Shown one piece after another: positions 1-11,889 of a stretch of 64,000 nt of DNA. The stretch's first letter is position 1. Each line of letters begins with the position of its first letter. The position numbers were made by a program, and so were the translations under genes. This DNA is from Macrostomum lignano (lineage: Eukaryota): the NCBI GenBank assembly GCA_002269645.1, contig NIVC01000494.1, positions 496,001 to 560,000 on the forward strand. The letters are read 5' to 3'. Below the pieces are notes generated by a model. It searched no databases, was not told where the DNA came from, and saw nothing but the letters and a program-made list of their open reading frames with translations.

Positions 1-80
1 ACGATGCCACTGAAAGCGTTGTTGTTCTCCTCCAATTGTTATTGCGATTGGCCAATTAGCTCGTAAAAACAAACTTGCAG

Positions 81-422
81 ATTCGAAATCGACGTCGCGC
101 TGTCGCGGAAGACGAAATCAGCAGACCCAACGGCGGCAGCGATGCAGTTGAGCTGACCGTCACCAACAGTGCAGAGTCTGGGGGTGCGACGGCAACAGCT
201 GCGCCGTACGATTATCCCAGCAGCGATTGGAGCACCTTCGAGCAGCAGGATTCTGCAGGAACTGCGGGGCCAATCTATGAGCAGGTGTCTATAGACTCCG
301 GTGCCAACAACAGACCGCCACGGCAGAATCTGCCGCTACCGCCGCCGCCGCCGCCGCCGCCGCCTGAGCAGCAGCAGCAATCTGACGAGTCTCCCTACAT
401 AAACTGGCAAGGGAGAGGATAA
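81..422 (+). CDS. Last coding exon of an upstream gene; probable cytoplasmic tail of a single-pass receptor or adhesion protein
   Basis: Acceptor-like aaacttgcag ends at 80, in phase with ORF 75..422. The exon begins with a basic cluster (IRNRRR) and contains Tyr motifs YDYP, YEQV and YINW plus a polyproline run. Stop at 420-422. The rest of the gene would lie before the window. Confidence 0.55.
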   Translation: MRNRRRAVAEDEISRPNGGSDAVELTVTNSAESGGATATAAPYDYPSSDWSTFEQQDSAGTAGPIYEQVSIDSGANNRPPRQNLPLPPPPPPPPPEQQQQSDESPYINWQGRG

Positions 423-597
423 TGATGGATATACTTAGTCGCAGTACACAGAGTGATCAATTGGCATGCTGTTTATATTTAAAATCAACTTGAGTTGGTC
501 TGAATTCCTCATTGCAGGGGACCCCCAAGGTCAGAACTAGGCAAAATTCTATCTACTAACGAACCAATGTGAGAAACCGGCTCATTTCATGTTTTAC

Positions 598-1590
598 ATG
601 ACGCTTATTTTATGTTTAAATTGACGCTTCTTTTATGGTTTGACAAGACGCTTCTTTTATGGTTTGACATGACGCTTCTTTTATGGTTTGACATGACGCT
701 TCTTTTATGTTTGACTTGACGCTTCTTTTATGGTTTGACAAGACGCTTCTTTTATGTTTGAATTGACGCTTCTTTTATGGTTTGACATGACGCTTCTTTT
801 ATGTTTGAATTGACGCTTCTTTTATGGTTTGACATGACGCTTCTTTTATGGTTTGAAATGACGCTTCTTTTATGTTTAAATTGACGCTTCTTTTATGGTT
901 TGACATGACGCTTCTTTTATGTTTGACTTGACGCTTCTTTTATGGTTTGACAAGACGCTTCTTTTATGTTTGAATTGACGCTTCTTTTATGGTTTGACAT
1001 GACGCTTCTTTTATGTTTGAATTGACGCTTCTTTTATGGTTTGACATGACGCTTCTTTTATGGTTTGAAATGACGCTTCTTTTATGTTTAAATTGACGCT
1101 TCTTTTATGGTTTGACATGACGCTTCTTTTATGTTTGACTTGACGCTTCTTTTATGGTTTGACATGACGCTTCTTTTATGTTTGACTTGACGCTTCTTTT
1201 ATGGTTTGAATTGACGCTTCTTTTATGGTTTGACATGACGCTTCTTTTATGGTTTGAAATGACGCTTCTTTTATGTTTAAATTGACGCTTCTTTTATGGT
1301 TTGACATGACGCTTCTTTTATGTTTGACTTGACGCTTCTTTTATGGTTTGACATGACGCTTCTTTTATGGTTTGATATGACGCTTCTTTTATGGTTTGAC
1401 TTGACGCTTCTTTTATGGTTTGATATGACGCAATTCTTTTATGGTTTGAAAGGACGCTTTTTTATGGTTTGACCATAAAAGACTGGACATGACGCTTCTT
1501 TCAAATTTGACATGACGCTTTTTTGTTTGACATGACACCTTTTTATGGTTTGAAATGACGCTTTTATCACTTTTGACATGACGCTTCTTT
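598..1590. repeat. Minisatellite, 23-24 bp unit (TGACGCTTCTTTTATGGTTTGACA)
   Basis: About 40 tandem copies, degenerating towards 1590. Confidence 0.95.
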
Positions 1591-2180
1591 TATTTAGAAA
1601 GGATTAATTTGCAAACCAGACATGACATCATGTAAAACATAAGACAAGCGTCACGTCAAACCTAAAAGAAAGGTCATGTCCAGCTTGAAAATTAATCCTT
1701 TTATAGTAAATCCTTATTTTACTTGCTGGCAGGTCTGTAAACAGATGCCAAAAACCAATTGGCATAAATGACACCGATTTCAGTGAAACCAATCAAGCTA
1801 AAGGCAATGTCAATGCCATTGACAACATATACAGTATAGTTCGAGAACAATCCTGTGTCTGTTAAAGCAGTGCAGTACAGATTGAAATCGAACCGTCTTC
1901 GTCTGGCCATGTCTGATGAACTCTGTTATTGTACGAGTATATGGTCTAGAGATTTGCACCATTGTCGAAAGGATTGATTGTGCACCCAACTTATGGCTCC
2001 GCAGACCCCCCTTTAGGCCATAGACCATTGGCTAGTCTTCAATAGCTGGCTCTCTCAACTGATGGACTGAACTGCAATCGCTCCTAAGCTCAGTTGGCTT
2101 GGACTATAAGAGTATTATGCACTGGACAACATTGAGAACGCAACACTCTAACTACTAACTACAGTCTAACCTCTAGACTA

Positions 2181-2464
2181 GTCTATGGTTCAAATCGAGC
2201 TCAGAAACACATGTAGCCACCCTCGCAAGTAAGTGGTTATTGACTCGACGTGTCATTCGGCCAGAACAAGGAAGGCTTCGAAAAAGGGCCCCCGTTGCAA
2301 CGTTTTTACCATAGACAACTAAGGAATCTTCAGTAGCCAATCGATACGAACGGGGGCTTCACGGAGCAAAATCGTACCCCCAAATTTATGGCAGATGAGC
2401 AATACACGGTTTTATTTATCCATGGGCTATACGAGCTTCTTTTCGAGCGATTTGAACCATAGAC
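2181..2464. mobile_element. MITE with 17-bp TIRs, flanked by TA
   Basis: GTCTATGGTTCAAATCG at 2181-2197 and its exact reverse complement ending at 2464. TA lies at 2179-2180 and 2465-2466. Confidence 0.65.
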
Positions 2465-3699
2465 TATGCATTTCTAGTTAGATTGTTGCATTTTTTAATG
2501 TTGCCAAGTGTAATAAATCATTTAATCATAATTTTTCCACCTCTATGGCAGAGAAATCCCGTGAATATTGGCCAATTTTCTACAAATATCTAAAAAACAT
2601 TAATTAACATTGACTTATGATACTTGTAAAGTTGCAAAAATCATTTCAGGAATAAGATTACACGCGATTTGAATGTAAATATAGTTTTCAATCTTGAAAT
2701 AATATTGATAATTTGTTCGAGTAAAATAAACCAAGAAATTATCAAACAATTACAAATAAATGCAATTATTCTACTCATAGTAGAGTAGCATGATGAAATT
2801 TTTTTGAACTTCATTATGTAGTATAAATAAATAAGTAATCTGCTTGTATTTTTAAGATCCAGCAAAAGCACAAGCACACAAATAAAGATGAATTTATACA
2901 CAGAAAAAATCAAAGTAAAAACTGGTGCACGTTAACAATATTATAACTATGCATATTGATAAAGTATTATCGTATTACACAATAAACTATTAATAATATA
3001 TTTAGAAAACAAAACAGGCAGCTTTAAAATGACATATTGCAACTCTTATAGACTACTAACAATAGTAGTAGTAATATAAGTACGGTATGCTGCACTGCAC
3101 AAAGAGAATCAAGAAGAGAGAAAACTGATATTATAGTGCAGGGTGTACTTTCAGATTTAGGAAACTTCAACTCCAACGTACCTTAGACAGAGGTATACCA
3201 AAATAAAAACTGAATTCAGACATTAATAGCACATTTATACATCTAGCCATATATTTATTCATAATACAACATTTTTCGATGCCTAATACTAACAGTAGTA
3301 TGAATAGTAACTTACGATACCATCATAATTTTTAATCAGTCAATCCGATATGAAGAAAAAGAATTCGTTAACTACACTTTAGTGATACAATTAAGCATTA
3401 TAATACACGAGATAACAGAATGTTTACAGTGCAAAATGTGCTGCTAGTATAGATAACTGAAATTGTTGCCAAATAAGCTGAATTGCGTTTAGACTGAGCA
3501 TAAAGGCACTTCATTTTTTGAGCGTTTTAATAACTAAATAAGCTTTCCTTCGAAACAGAACATTTCCTAATTCCCGGTGGATAGAAACGGGAGTGACTGT
3601 CCTTAGCCAATAGAAATTTGAAGGCCGATATGTACTTATAATATCAAGAGTGTTTCAACAGGTTACACAAGAGCGCACTGGCCTTTTCTCATTTCTCAC

Positions 3700-4500
3700 T
3701 CCTATCACTTTGGCCTCTGACCCTCATGCCCTCTCTTGCCTCATATCACTAACCCTCATACCCTTTTTCCTTCATGCCTTTTCTGCACATCATGCCCTCT
3801 CTCCCTTCATGTCCTCTCTCCCCTCATGCCCTCTCTCCCCTCATGCCCTCTCATACATGCGCAACAGTCGGCCGAGTCGGCCGATCCGGCCGACCGATTT
3901 GGCGGCCAACCAAGGAAGTCGCAAAAATGCCAACCCGAAAAAACACCGAGTAGTAGTACTAAGTAGCTAACGAGGCATTTTGGCTTTATAAGACAGTCAT
4001 AGTTACTCCTGCCGTTTACCCAAAGTTGCGTTAATTTTGCTTTCGGGTTTTTTTACATGTAAGTCGCATTTTTGGCCAAAAACTACGTCGCATTTTTGTT
4101 AAAACTAAGTCGCATGGCCGACCGAAATTTGGAGGTTGCGCATGTATGTGCCCTCTCTCCCTTCATGCCCTCTCTCACTTCATGCCCTCTCTCCCCTCAT
4201 GCCCTCTCTCCCTTCATACCCTCTCTCCCTTCATAACCTCTCTCCCCTCATGCCCTCTCTCCCTTCATACCCTCTCTCCCTTCATAACCTCTCTCCCCTC
4301 ATACTCTCTTTCACTTCATGCCCTCTCTCCCTTCATACCCTCTCTCCTTTCATGTCATCTCACCTTCATGTCATCTCACCTTCATGTCATCTCTCCCTTC
4401 ATGCCCTCTCTCAGTTCATGCCCTCTCTTAGTTCATGCCCTCTCTCCCTTTATGCCCTCTCTCCCTTCATCCCCTCTTCACCTCAACACCAACCCTCATA
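3700..4500. repeat. Pyrimidine-rich ~17-bp minisatellite (CTTCATGCCCTCTCTCC) interrupted by a MITE
   Basis: Tandem copies at about 3700-3850 and 4147-4500. These give the low-complexity ORFs 3650-3970 and 4136-4582. Confidence 0.9.
3856..4144. mobile_element. MITE (289 bp) with CATGCGCAAC TIRs and TA flanks
   Basis: TA-CATGCGCAAC at 3854-3865 and GTTGCGCATG-TA at 4135-4146. Internal repeated GGCCGACCGA and GTCGCA motifs. The same minisatellite resumes on both sides. Confidence 0.7.
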
Positions 4501-4669
4501 CTCTCCCTACCATCATATCCTCACTCACCATTTTTCTCACTCTTTATTCCAATTGTACAAAGACAGTTATATAATTAACTAAGAATGTCACAACAAGCCG
4601 GGAGAAAAGTACAAGCAAACAATGCATTTACAGACAGTTATATAATGAGCAAAGGCACACCTCAGGCGC

Positions 4670-7600
4670 TCACAGGAACTGGCCGCCAGCGCCATTAGCA
4701 GCGGCAGCTGTAGACCTCACCTGTAAACTGTGAGCACTGGCCCGCAGCTCGGCTAGCCGCAGGTTCACGTCAGTCAGCCGTTTATCCCAGACGCGTCGTT
4801 CCGCTTGCAGCCGGTCGTGCAGCTGGCGCTCCTGTGCCAGGCAGTCGGCCAGGTTGGCCTGGCTCAGCTGCTGCAGCTCCGCCTCCTGCTGGTGCAGACG
4901 CTGCTCCAGGCTGCCGGCGCTCTGGCAGGACAGCTGCAACAGGCGCAGCTCTGCGGGGCCGGTTGGGGTGCGCTGATCTCTCTTGTCTCTATTCTGTCTA
5001 TCTCTTCTGTCTATCTCTCATGTCTATCTCTTTTGTCTATCTCTCTTGTCTCTATTCTGTCTATCTCTTCTGTCTATCTCTCATGTCTATCTCTTTTGTC
5101 TATCTCTCTTGTCTCTCTTCTGTCTATCTCTTCTGTCTATCTCTCATGTCTATCTCTTTTGTCTATCTCTCTTGTCTCTCTTCTGTCTATCTCTTCTGTC
5201 TATCCCTCATGTCTATCTCTTTTGTCTATCTCTCTTGTCTCTATTCTGTCTATCTCTTCTGTCTATCCCTCATGTCTATCTCTTTTGTCTATCTCTCTTG
5301 TCTCTCTTCTGTCTATCTCTTCTGTCTATCTCTCATGTCTATCTCTTTTGTCTATCTCTCTTGTCTCTCTTCTGTCTATCTCTTCTGTCTATCTCTTTTG
5401 TCTATCTCTCTTGTCTCTCTTCTGTCTATCTCTTCTGTCTATCTCTCATGTCTATCTCTTTTGTCTATCTCTCTTGTCTCTCTTCTGTCTATCTCTTCTG
5501 TCTATCTCTCATGTCTATCTCTTTTGTCTATCTCTCTTGTCTCTCTTCTGTCTATCTCTTCTGTCTATCTCTCATGTCTATCTCTTTTGTCTATCTCTCT
5601 TGTCTCTCTTCTGTCTATCTCTTCTGTCTATCTCTCATGTCTATCTCTTTTGTCTATCTCTCTTGTCTCTCTTCTGTCTATCTCTCATGTCTATCTCTTT
5701 TGTCTATCTCTCTTGTCTCTCTTCTGTCTATCTCTCATGTCTATCTCTTTTGTCTATCTCTCTTGTCTCTCTTCTGTCTATCTCTTCTGTCTATCTCTTC
5801 TGTCTATCTCTTCTGTCTATCTCTTCTGTCTATCTCTTTTGTCTATCTCTCTTGTCTCTCTTCTGTCTTATCTCTTCTGTCTATCTCTTCTGTCTATCTC
5901 TCTTGCCTCTCTTCTGTCTGTATTTTGTGTCTATCTCTCTTGTCTATCTCTTCTGTCTAACTCTCTTGTCTATCTTCTGTCTATCTCTCTTGTCTATCTC
6001 TTCTGTCTATCTCTTCTGTCTATCTCTCTTGTCTATCTCTCCTGTCTATCTCTTCTATCTCTTCTGTCTATCTCTCATGTCTATCTCTTCTGTCTATCTC
6101 TTCTGTCTATCTCTTCTGTCTATCTCTCATGTCTATCTCTTTTGTCTATCTCTCTTGTCTCTCTTCTGTCTATCTCTTCTGTCTATCTCTCATGTCTATC
6201 TCTTTTGTCTATCTCTCTTGTCTCTCTTCTGTCTATCTCTTCTGTCTATCTCTCATGTCTATCTCTCTTGTCTATCTCTCTTGTCTCTCTTCTGTCTATC
6301 TCTTCTGTCTATCCCTCATGTCTATCTCTTTTGTCTATCTCTCTTGTCTCTCTTCTGTCTATCTCTTCTGTCTATCTCTCATGTCTATCTCTCATGTCTA
6401 TCTCTTTTGTATATCTCTCTTGTCTCTCTTCTGTCTATCTCTCATGTCTATCTCTTCTGTCTATCTCTTCTGTCTATCTCTTCTGTCTATCTCTCATGTC
6501 TATCTCTTTTGTCTATCTCTCTTGTCTCTCTTCTGTCTATCTCTTCTGTCTATCTCTCATGTCTATCTCTTTTGTCTATCTCTCTTGTCTCTCTTCTGTC
6601 TATCTCTTCTGTCTATCTCTCATGTCTATTTCTTTTGTCTATCTCTCTTGTCTCTCTTCTGTCTATCTCTTCTGTCTATCCCTCATGTCTATCTCTTTTG
6701 TCTATCTCTCTTGTCTCTCTTCTGTCTTATCTCTTCTGTCTATCTCTCATGTCTATCTCTTTTGTCTATCTCTCTTGTCTCTCTTCTGTCTATCTCTCAT
6801 GTCTATCTCTTTTGTCTCTCTTCTGTCTATCTCTCATGTCTATCTCTTCTGTCTATCTCTCTTGTCTCTCTTCTGTCTATCTCTTCTGTCTATCTCTTCT
6901 GTCTATCTCTTCTGTCTATCTCTCTTGTCTCTCTTCTGTCTTATCTCTTCTGTCTATCTCTTCTGTCTATCTCTCTTGCCTCTCTTCTGTCTGTATTTTG
7001 TGTCTATCTCTCTTGTCTATCTCTTCTGTCTATCTCTTCTGTCTATCTCTCTTTTCTATCTCTTTAGTCTATCTCTTTCTGTCTATCTCTCTTGTCTATC
7101 TCTTCTATCTCTTCTGTCTATCTCTCATGTCTATCTCTTCTGTCTATCTCTCTTGTCTATCTCTTCTGTCTATCTCTCTTGTCTCTCTTCTGTCTATCTC
7201 TTCTGTCTATCTCTTCTGTCTAACTCTGTTGTCTATCTCTTCTGTCTATCTCTTCTGTCTATCTCTTCTGTCTATCTCTTCTGTCTATCTCTTCTGTCTA
7301 TCTCTTCTGTCTATCTCTCCTGTCTATCTTTTTAGTCTATCTCTCCTGTCTATCTCTTTCTGTCTATCTCTCTTGTCTATCTCTCCTGTCTATCTCTTCT
7401 ATCTCTTCTGTCTATCTCTTATGTCTATCTCTTCTGTCTATCTCTTCTGTCTATCTCTCTTGTCTATCTCTTCTGTCTATCTCTTCTGTCTATCTCTTCT
7501 GTCTATCTCTTCTGTCTAACTCTGTTGTCTATCTCTTCTGTCTATCTCTTCTGTCTATCTCTCCTGTCTATCTCTTCTGTCTATCTCTTCTGTCTATCTC

Positions 7601-8781
7601 TTCTGTCTATCTCTTCTGTCTATCTCTTCTGTCTATCTCTTCTGTCTATCTCTTCTGTCTATCTCTCCTGTCTATCTTTTTAGTCTATCTCTCCTGTCTA
7701 TCTCTTTCTGTCTATCTCTCTTGTCTATCTCTCCTGTCTATCTCTTCTATCTCTTCTGTCTATCTCTGTTGTCTATCTCTTCTGTCTATCTCTTCTGTCT
7801 ATCTCTGTTGTCTATCTCTTCTGTCTATCTCTGTTGTCTATCTCTTCTGTCTATCTCTTCTGTCTATCTCTTCTGTCTATCTCTTCTGTCTATCTCTCTT
7901 GTCTATCTCTTCTGTCTATCTCTCATGTCTATCTCTCTTGTCTATCTCTCTTGTCTCTCTTCTGTCTATCTCTCTTGTCTATCTCTTCTGTCTATCTCTT
8001 CTGTCTATCTCTTCTGTCTATCTCTGTTGTCTATCTCTTCTGTCTATCTCTGTTGTCTATCTCTTCTGTCTATCTCTGTTGTCTATCTCTTCTGTCTATC
8101 TCTGTTGTCTATCTCTTCTGTCTATCTCTCTTGTCTATCTCTCTTGTCTATCTTTTCTGTCTATTTCTGATGTTAATCTCTCAGGCCTATCTTTAATTTT
8201 ATTATTGTTTTATTTTCCTTGCACACTCGATACCGTTTATCCCTCACCCTCCTCTATCCCCGGCCACTACTCCTCCCAAACCAACTGCACACCAAATAAT
8301 TCTAATCCTCACCTTTATCCAGCTCCTCAATTCGCAGCCTGTTCATCTCAATCTCGTGCTCCTGCATCAGCAGCCGCTGTTTCAACTGTCGTCTGACATT
8401 CTCCGACGCAGCTGCGTCCAACTGTTCGGCGCTTGACGTTGAACAGTTGCTGCTGCCGCTGCCGTTGGTGTCCAAAGATGCCGGTCTCAGCTGATTGTTC
8501 TGACGCTGGGGCGGCTGCTGCTGATGCTGCTGTCCAGCCGCCGTCAATTCCGTTCGTTGTAAAATCAACTCGGCGTGTTGCGGCGCACGGCTTAGCGACG
8601 CCGCCATTGGTTCGTTTGGCGCCATTGGGCGTTCGCCATTTGGCCAGCGCAGTACCAGGGTGTAGCGGCCGGGTAGGCCTGCCGTCCTGGCCACGGCCAT
8701 GATCACATCATGACAGCTGGTGTCCCTGGTCACATTGCACACAGTTCTAGGCTGGCCTTCGAACCAGATGTTTAGTTCCAT
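4670..8781 (-). CDS. RASSF8: N-terminal Ras-association domain family protein (RASSF7/8-like), 2 exons: 8781-8313, 4950-4670 (~249 aa)
   Basis: MELNIWFEGQPRTVCNVTRDTSCHDVIMAVARTAGLPGRYTL matches the N-RASSF RA-domain start (MELKVWVDG..RIVCGVT..TTCQEVV..LA...GRYTL). Phase-1 donor G|GTGAG at 8313/8312 and phase-matched acceptor CCCCGCAG|AG at 4951/4950. Exon 2 is coiled-coil (LEQRLHQQEAELQQLSQANL). RASSF7 versus RASSF8 orthology is not resolvable here. Confidence 0.85.
4978..8165. repeat. 3.2-kb CT-rich satellite (13-bp core GTCTATCTCTTCT with variants) filling the RASSF intron
   Basis: Continuous tandem array; it produces the spurious 904/833/325/312-aa S/L/C-rich ORFs. Confidence 0.95.
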
Positions 8782-8864
8782 GTATAACTGGTGTGGCTGG
8801 CTTTAATACCGAATTTACAGATGGGTGGGCATGGCCTGCTGAAATTTTTACATCGGAGTACATC

Positions 8865-9858
8865 GCACATCGGAGAGGTGCAATGGCAGGTCACTCTACA
8901 GCAGTCACTGTGACATCGGAGAGGTGCAATGGCAGGTCACTCTACAGCAGTCACTGTGACATCGGAGAGGTGCAATGGCAGGTCACTCTACAGCAGTCAC
9001 TGTGACATCGGAGAGGTGCAATGGCAGGTCACTCTACAGCAGTCACTGTGACATCGGAGAGGTGCAATGGCAGGTCACTCTACATCAGTCACTGTGACAT
9101 CGGAGAGGTGCAATGGCAGCAGGGTCACTCTACTACAGTCACTGTGACATCGGAGAGGTGCAATGGCAGCAGGGTCACTCTACTACAGTCACTGTGACAT
9201 CGGAGAGGTGCAATGGCAGCAGGGTCACTCTACTACAGTCACTGTGACATCGGAGAGGTGCAATGGCAGGTCACTCTACAGCAGTCACTCTGACATCGGA
9301 GAGGTGCAATGGCAGCAGGGTCACTCTACTACAGTCACTGTGACATCGGAGAGGTGCAATGGCAGCAGGGTCACTCTACTACAGTCACTCTGACATCGGA
9401 GAGGTGCAATGGCAGGTTACTCTACTACAGTCACTCTGACATCGGAGAGGTGCAATGGCAGGTCACTCTACTACAGTCACTGTGACATCGGAGAGGTGCA
9501 ATGGCAGCAGGGTCACTCTACTACAGTCACTGTGACATCGGAGAGGTGCAATGGCAGCAGGGTCACTCTACTACAGTCACTCTGACATCGGAGAGGTGCA
9601 ATGGCAGCAGGGTCACTCTACTACAGTCACTCTGACATCGGAGAGGTGCAATGGCAGCAGGGTCACTCTACTACAGTCACTGTGACATCGGAGAGGTGCA
9701 ATGGCAGGTCACTCTACTACAGTCACTCTGACATCGGAGAGGTGCAATGGCAGGTCACTCTACAGCAGTCACTGTGACATCGGAGAGGTGCAATGGCAGG
9801 TCACTCTACTACAGTCACTCTGACATCGGAGAGGTGCAATGGCAGCAGGGTCACTCTA
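8865..9858. repeat. Minisatellite, 46/50-bp unit (GACATCGGAGAGGTGCAATGGCAG[CAGG]GTCACTCTAC..CAGTCACTGT)
   Basis: About 20 copies in two length variants, starting about 85 bp upstream of the RASSF ATG. Confidence 0.95.
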
Positions 9859-10433
9859 AAGTTCACAAAAACCAATGAACCAAGTCTCCTATACCTAACA
9901 AGCCTATCCAACAATGTATTAAATCAAATTATAAATCAAAATTAAAAACGCGATACGCAATTACCCGAGTAAAGAAGAGTAAAGTCTAGCTGGAACGTGT
10001 ATTGTTTAAACTGAGAGATGTGAAGAACATACTGGATCAGCCACAACAGACAGAAATGAAGCTATTTAATTAAACTCTTGCAGTAAAGTTATTAGGAAGA
10101 AACAGTAGTGAAGAGCCATCCAGCCCGGACAGACAACCCACAAAAAAGAAAATAAAAGTTTGATAGAAAATGAAAAACTGAAAAAAAATCTTCCATTGAA
10201 TCACAAAAGTTTCAACTAGTCCAACAATGAATAAAATTTAACAAAGAAAAATTTCATGATAAAAATGGAAATCAAACTATATTTGTACAATAGATTATAA
10301 TGATCAAATAAATATAGTTATACTTAAGCAGGTGAAACCACGCAATATCTACACTTCTCCGGGTAAGTGATAAATATCCGAGTATATAGAAATGATTGCA
10401 TATTAGTTATTGTATAGGAGCGTTACAATACCA

Positions 10434-10668
10434 GGGGGTTGTAGCCTAGTGGTTAGAGCATCAGATTCAGGACTGAAATTTCTGTCCTTGAGCAAGACAT
10501 TTAACTCAGCATTGCTCACCCAGCTGTAAAATGGGTGCCAGCATTAACTGGGGTAATTGAGGGTGTGTGTGGCGACCCCCCAGTCCTTGGACTGAACAGC
10601 CGTACGCAGCCTTCAAATGCGCCGCGCAATAGCTGCGGCTGAGCTGTCGGTTGCACATCTGGCCCTAT
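10434..10668 (+). mobile_element. tRNA-derived SINE copy with deleted B-box region
   Basis: Head GGGGGTTGTAGCCTAGTGGTTAGAGC (A-box-like). Central CCTTGAGCAAGACATTTAACTC...CAGCTGTAAAATGGG. The body is near-identical to the copies at 16.3, 47.3-47.7 and 56.6 kb. Confidence 0.85.
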
Positions 10669-11129
10669 TATATATCATTTCTAAGAGCGTTTACGCATCC
10701 CTACTTACAGCTGCATCAATACACTGCAATAAATATTGATGAATATTGATGATAGGACAGTCTCATACATTTAGCCAATCAAGAAAATAAGGAAGAAAGA
10801 CATTTACGTACTGGTACTAGTAGTGTGTTTGCATCATTTAAACAGCAAGTGCTAAATAATAACTGACTGTACACACGATACTAATAGCACTAATAAGTAG
10901 ACAAAAAAGCAGCAAGCTCGAAGCAAAACTGCTACAAGCAGATGATCACCAAAGCCAAAAAAAGATTTGATTCTATAGAGAAAAAGTACAAATTAAATAT
11001 TGAACAAATTTTTGAACTTCCAATAAATAAAATTTGCTTCATCTGCTTAAAAACTTTATTTAGTTTTATGGAATAATGACAGCTCGTTCTGGTCATTTTA
11101 TGATCTAAAGAAGTTGACCATAAAAATCA

Positions 11130-11745
11130 TAGAGTTAATAATGACTGGTAATACAAGTACAGGTCATAGACAATATTGAGTTAGTAATGACTGGTCATAC
11201 AAGTCATAGACAATATTGAGTTAGTAATGACTGGTCATACAAGTCATAGACAATATTGAGTTAGTAATGACTGGTCATACAGGTCATAGACAATCTTGAG
11301 TTAGTAATGACTGGTCATACAAGTCATAGACAATATTGAGTTAGTAATGACTGGTCATACAAGTCATAGACAATATTGAGTTAGTAATGACTGGTCATAC
11401 AGGTCATAGACAATCTTGAGTTAGTAATGACTGGTCATACAAGTCATAGACAATATTGAGTTAGTAATGACTGGTCATACAAGTCATAGACAATATTGAG
11501 TTAGTAATGACTGGTCATACAGGTCATAGACAATCTTGAGTTAGTAATGACTGGTCATACAGAGCAGACAATCTTGAGCTAGTAATGACTGGTCATACAG
11601 GTCATAGACAATCTTGAGCTAGTAATGACTGGTCATACGGCTCATAGACAATCTTGAGTTAGTAATGACTGGTCATACAAGTCATAGACAATCTTGAGTT
11701 AGTAATGACTGGTCATACAGAGCAGACAATCTTGAGTTAGTGCTT
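11130..11745. repeat. Minisatellite, ~40-41 bp unit (GTCATAGACAATATTGAGTTAGTAATGACTGGTCATACAA)
   Basis: About 15 tandem copies just downstream of the TEX2 stop. Confidence 0.95.
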
Positions 11746-11889
11746 GTCATACTGGTCATAAAAATCTTGTTTACAATTGTAATCATTATTCTAGCCAAAA
11801 CTTAGAGAAACTCTCGACACAGTATTATAAGATACACACCGGTGCACAAATTATTGAATCAGATGAAAAGAAGCAACTCGGCTATCCTG

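Noticed and set aside
1719-2028. Short - strand ORFs with a hydrophobic stretch
   Set aside because: No recognisable motif or splice-linked partner exons.
4973-4975. GATCAG|CGC as the RASSF exon 2 acceptor
   Set aside because: It is phase 0 and incompatible with the phase-1 donor at 8313.
4805-8396. Very long ORFs (904, 833, 325, 312 aa) rich in S/L/C
   Set aside because: They are stop-free readings of a CT-rich satellite, antisense to the RASSF intron, with no domain content.
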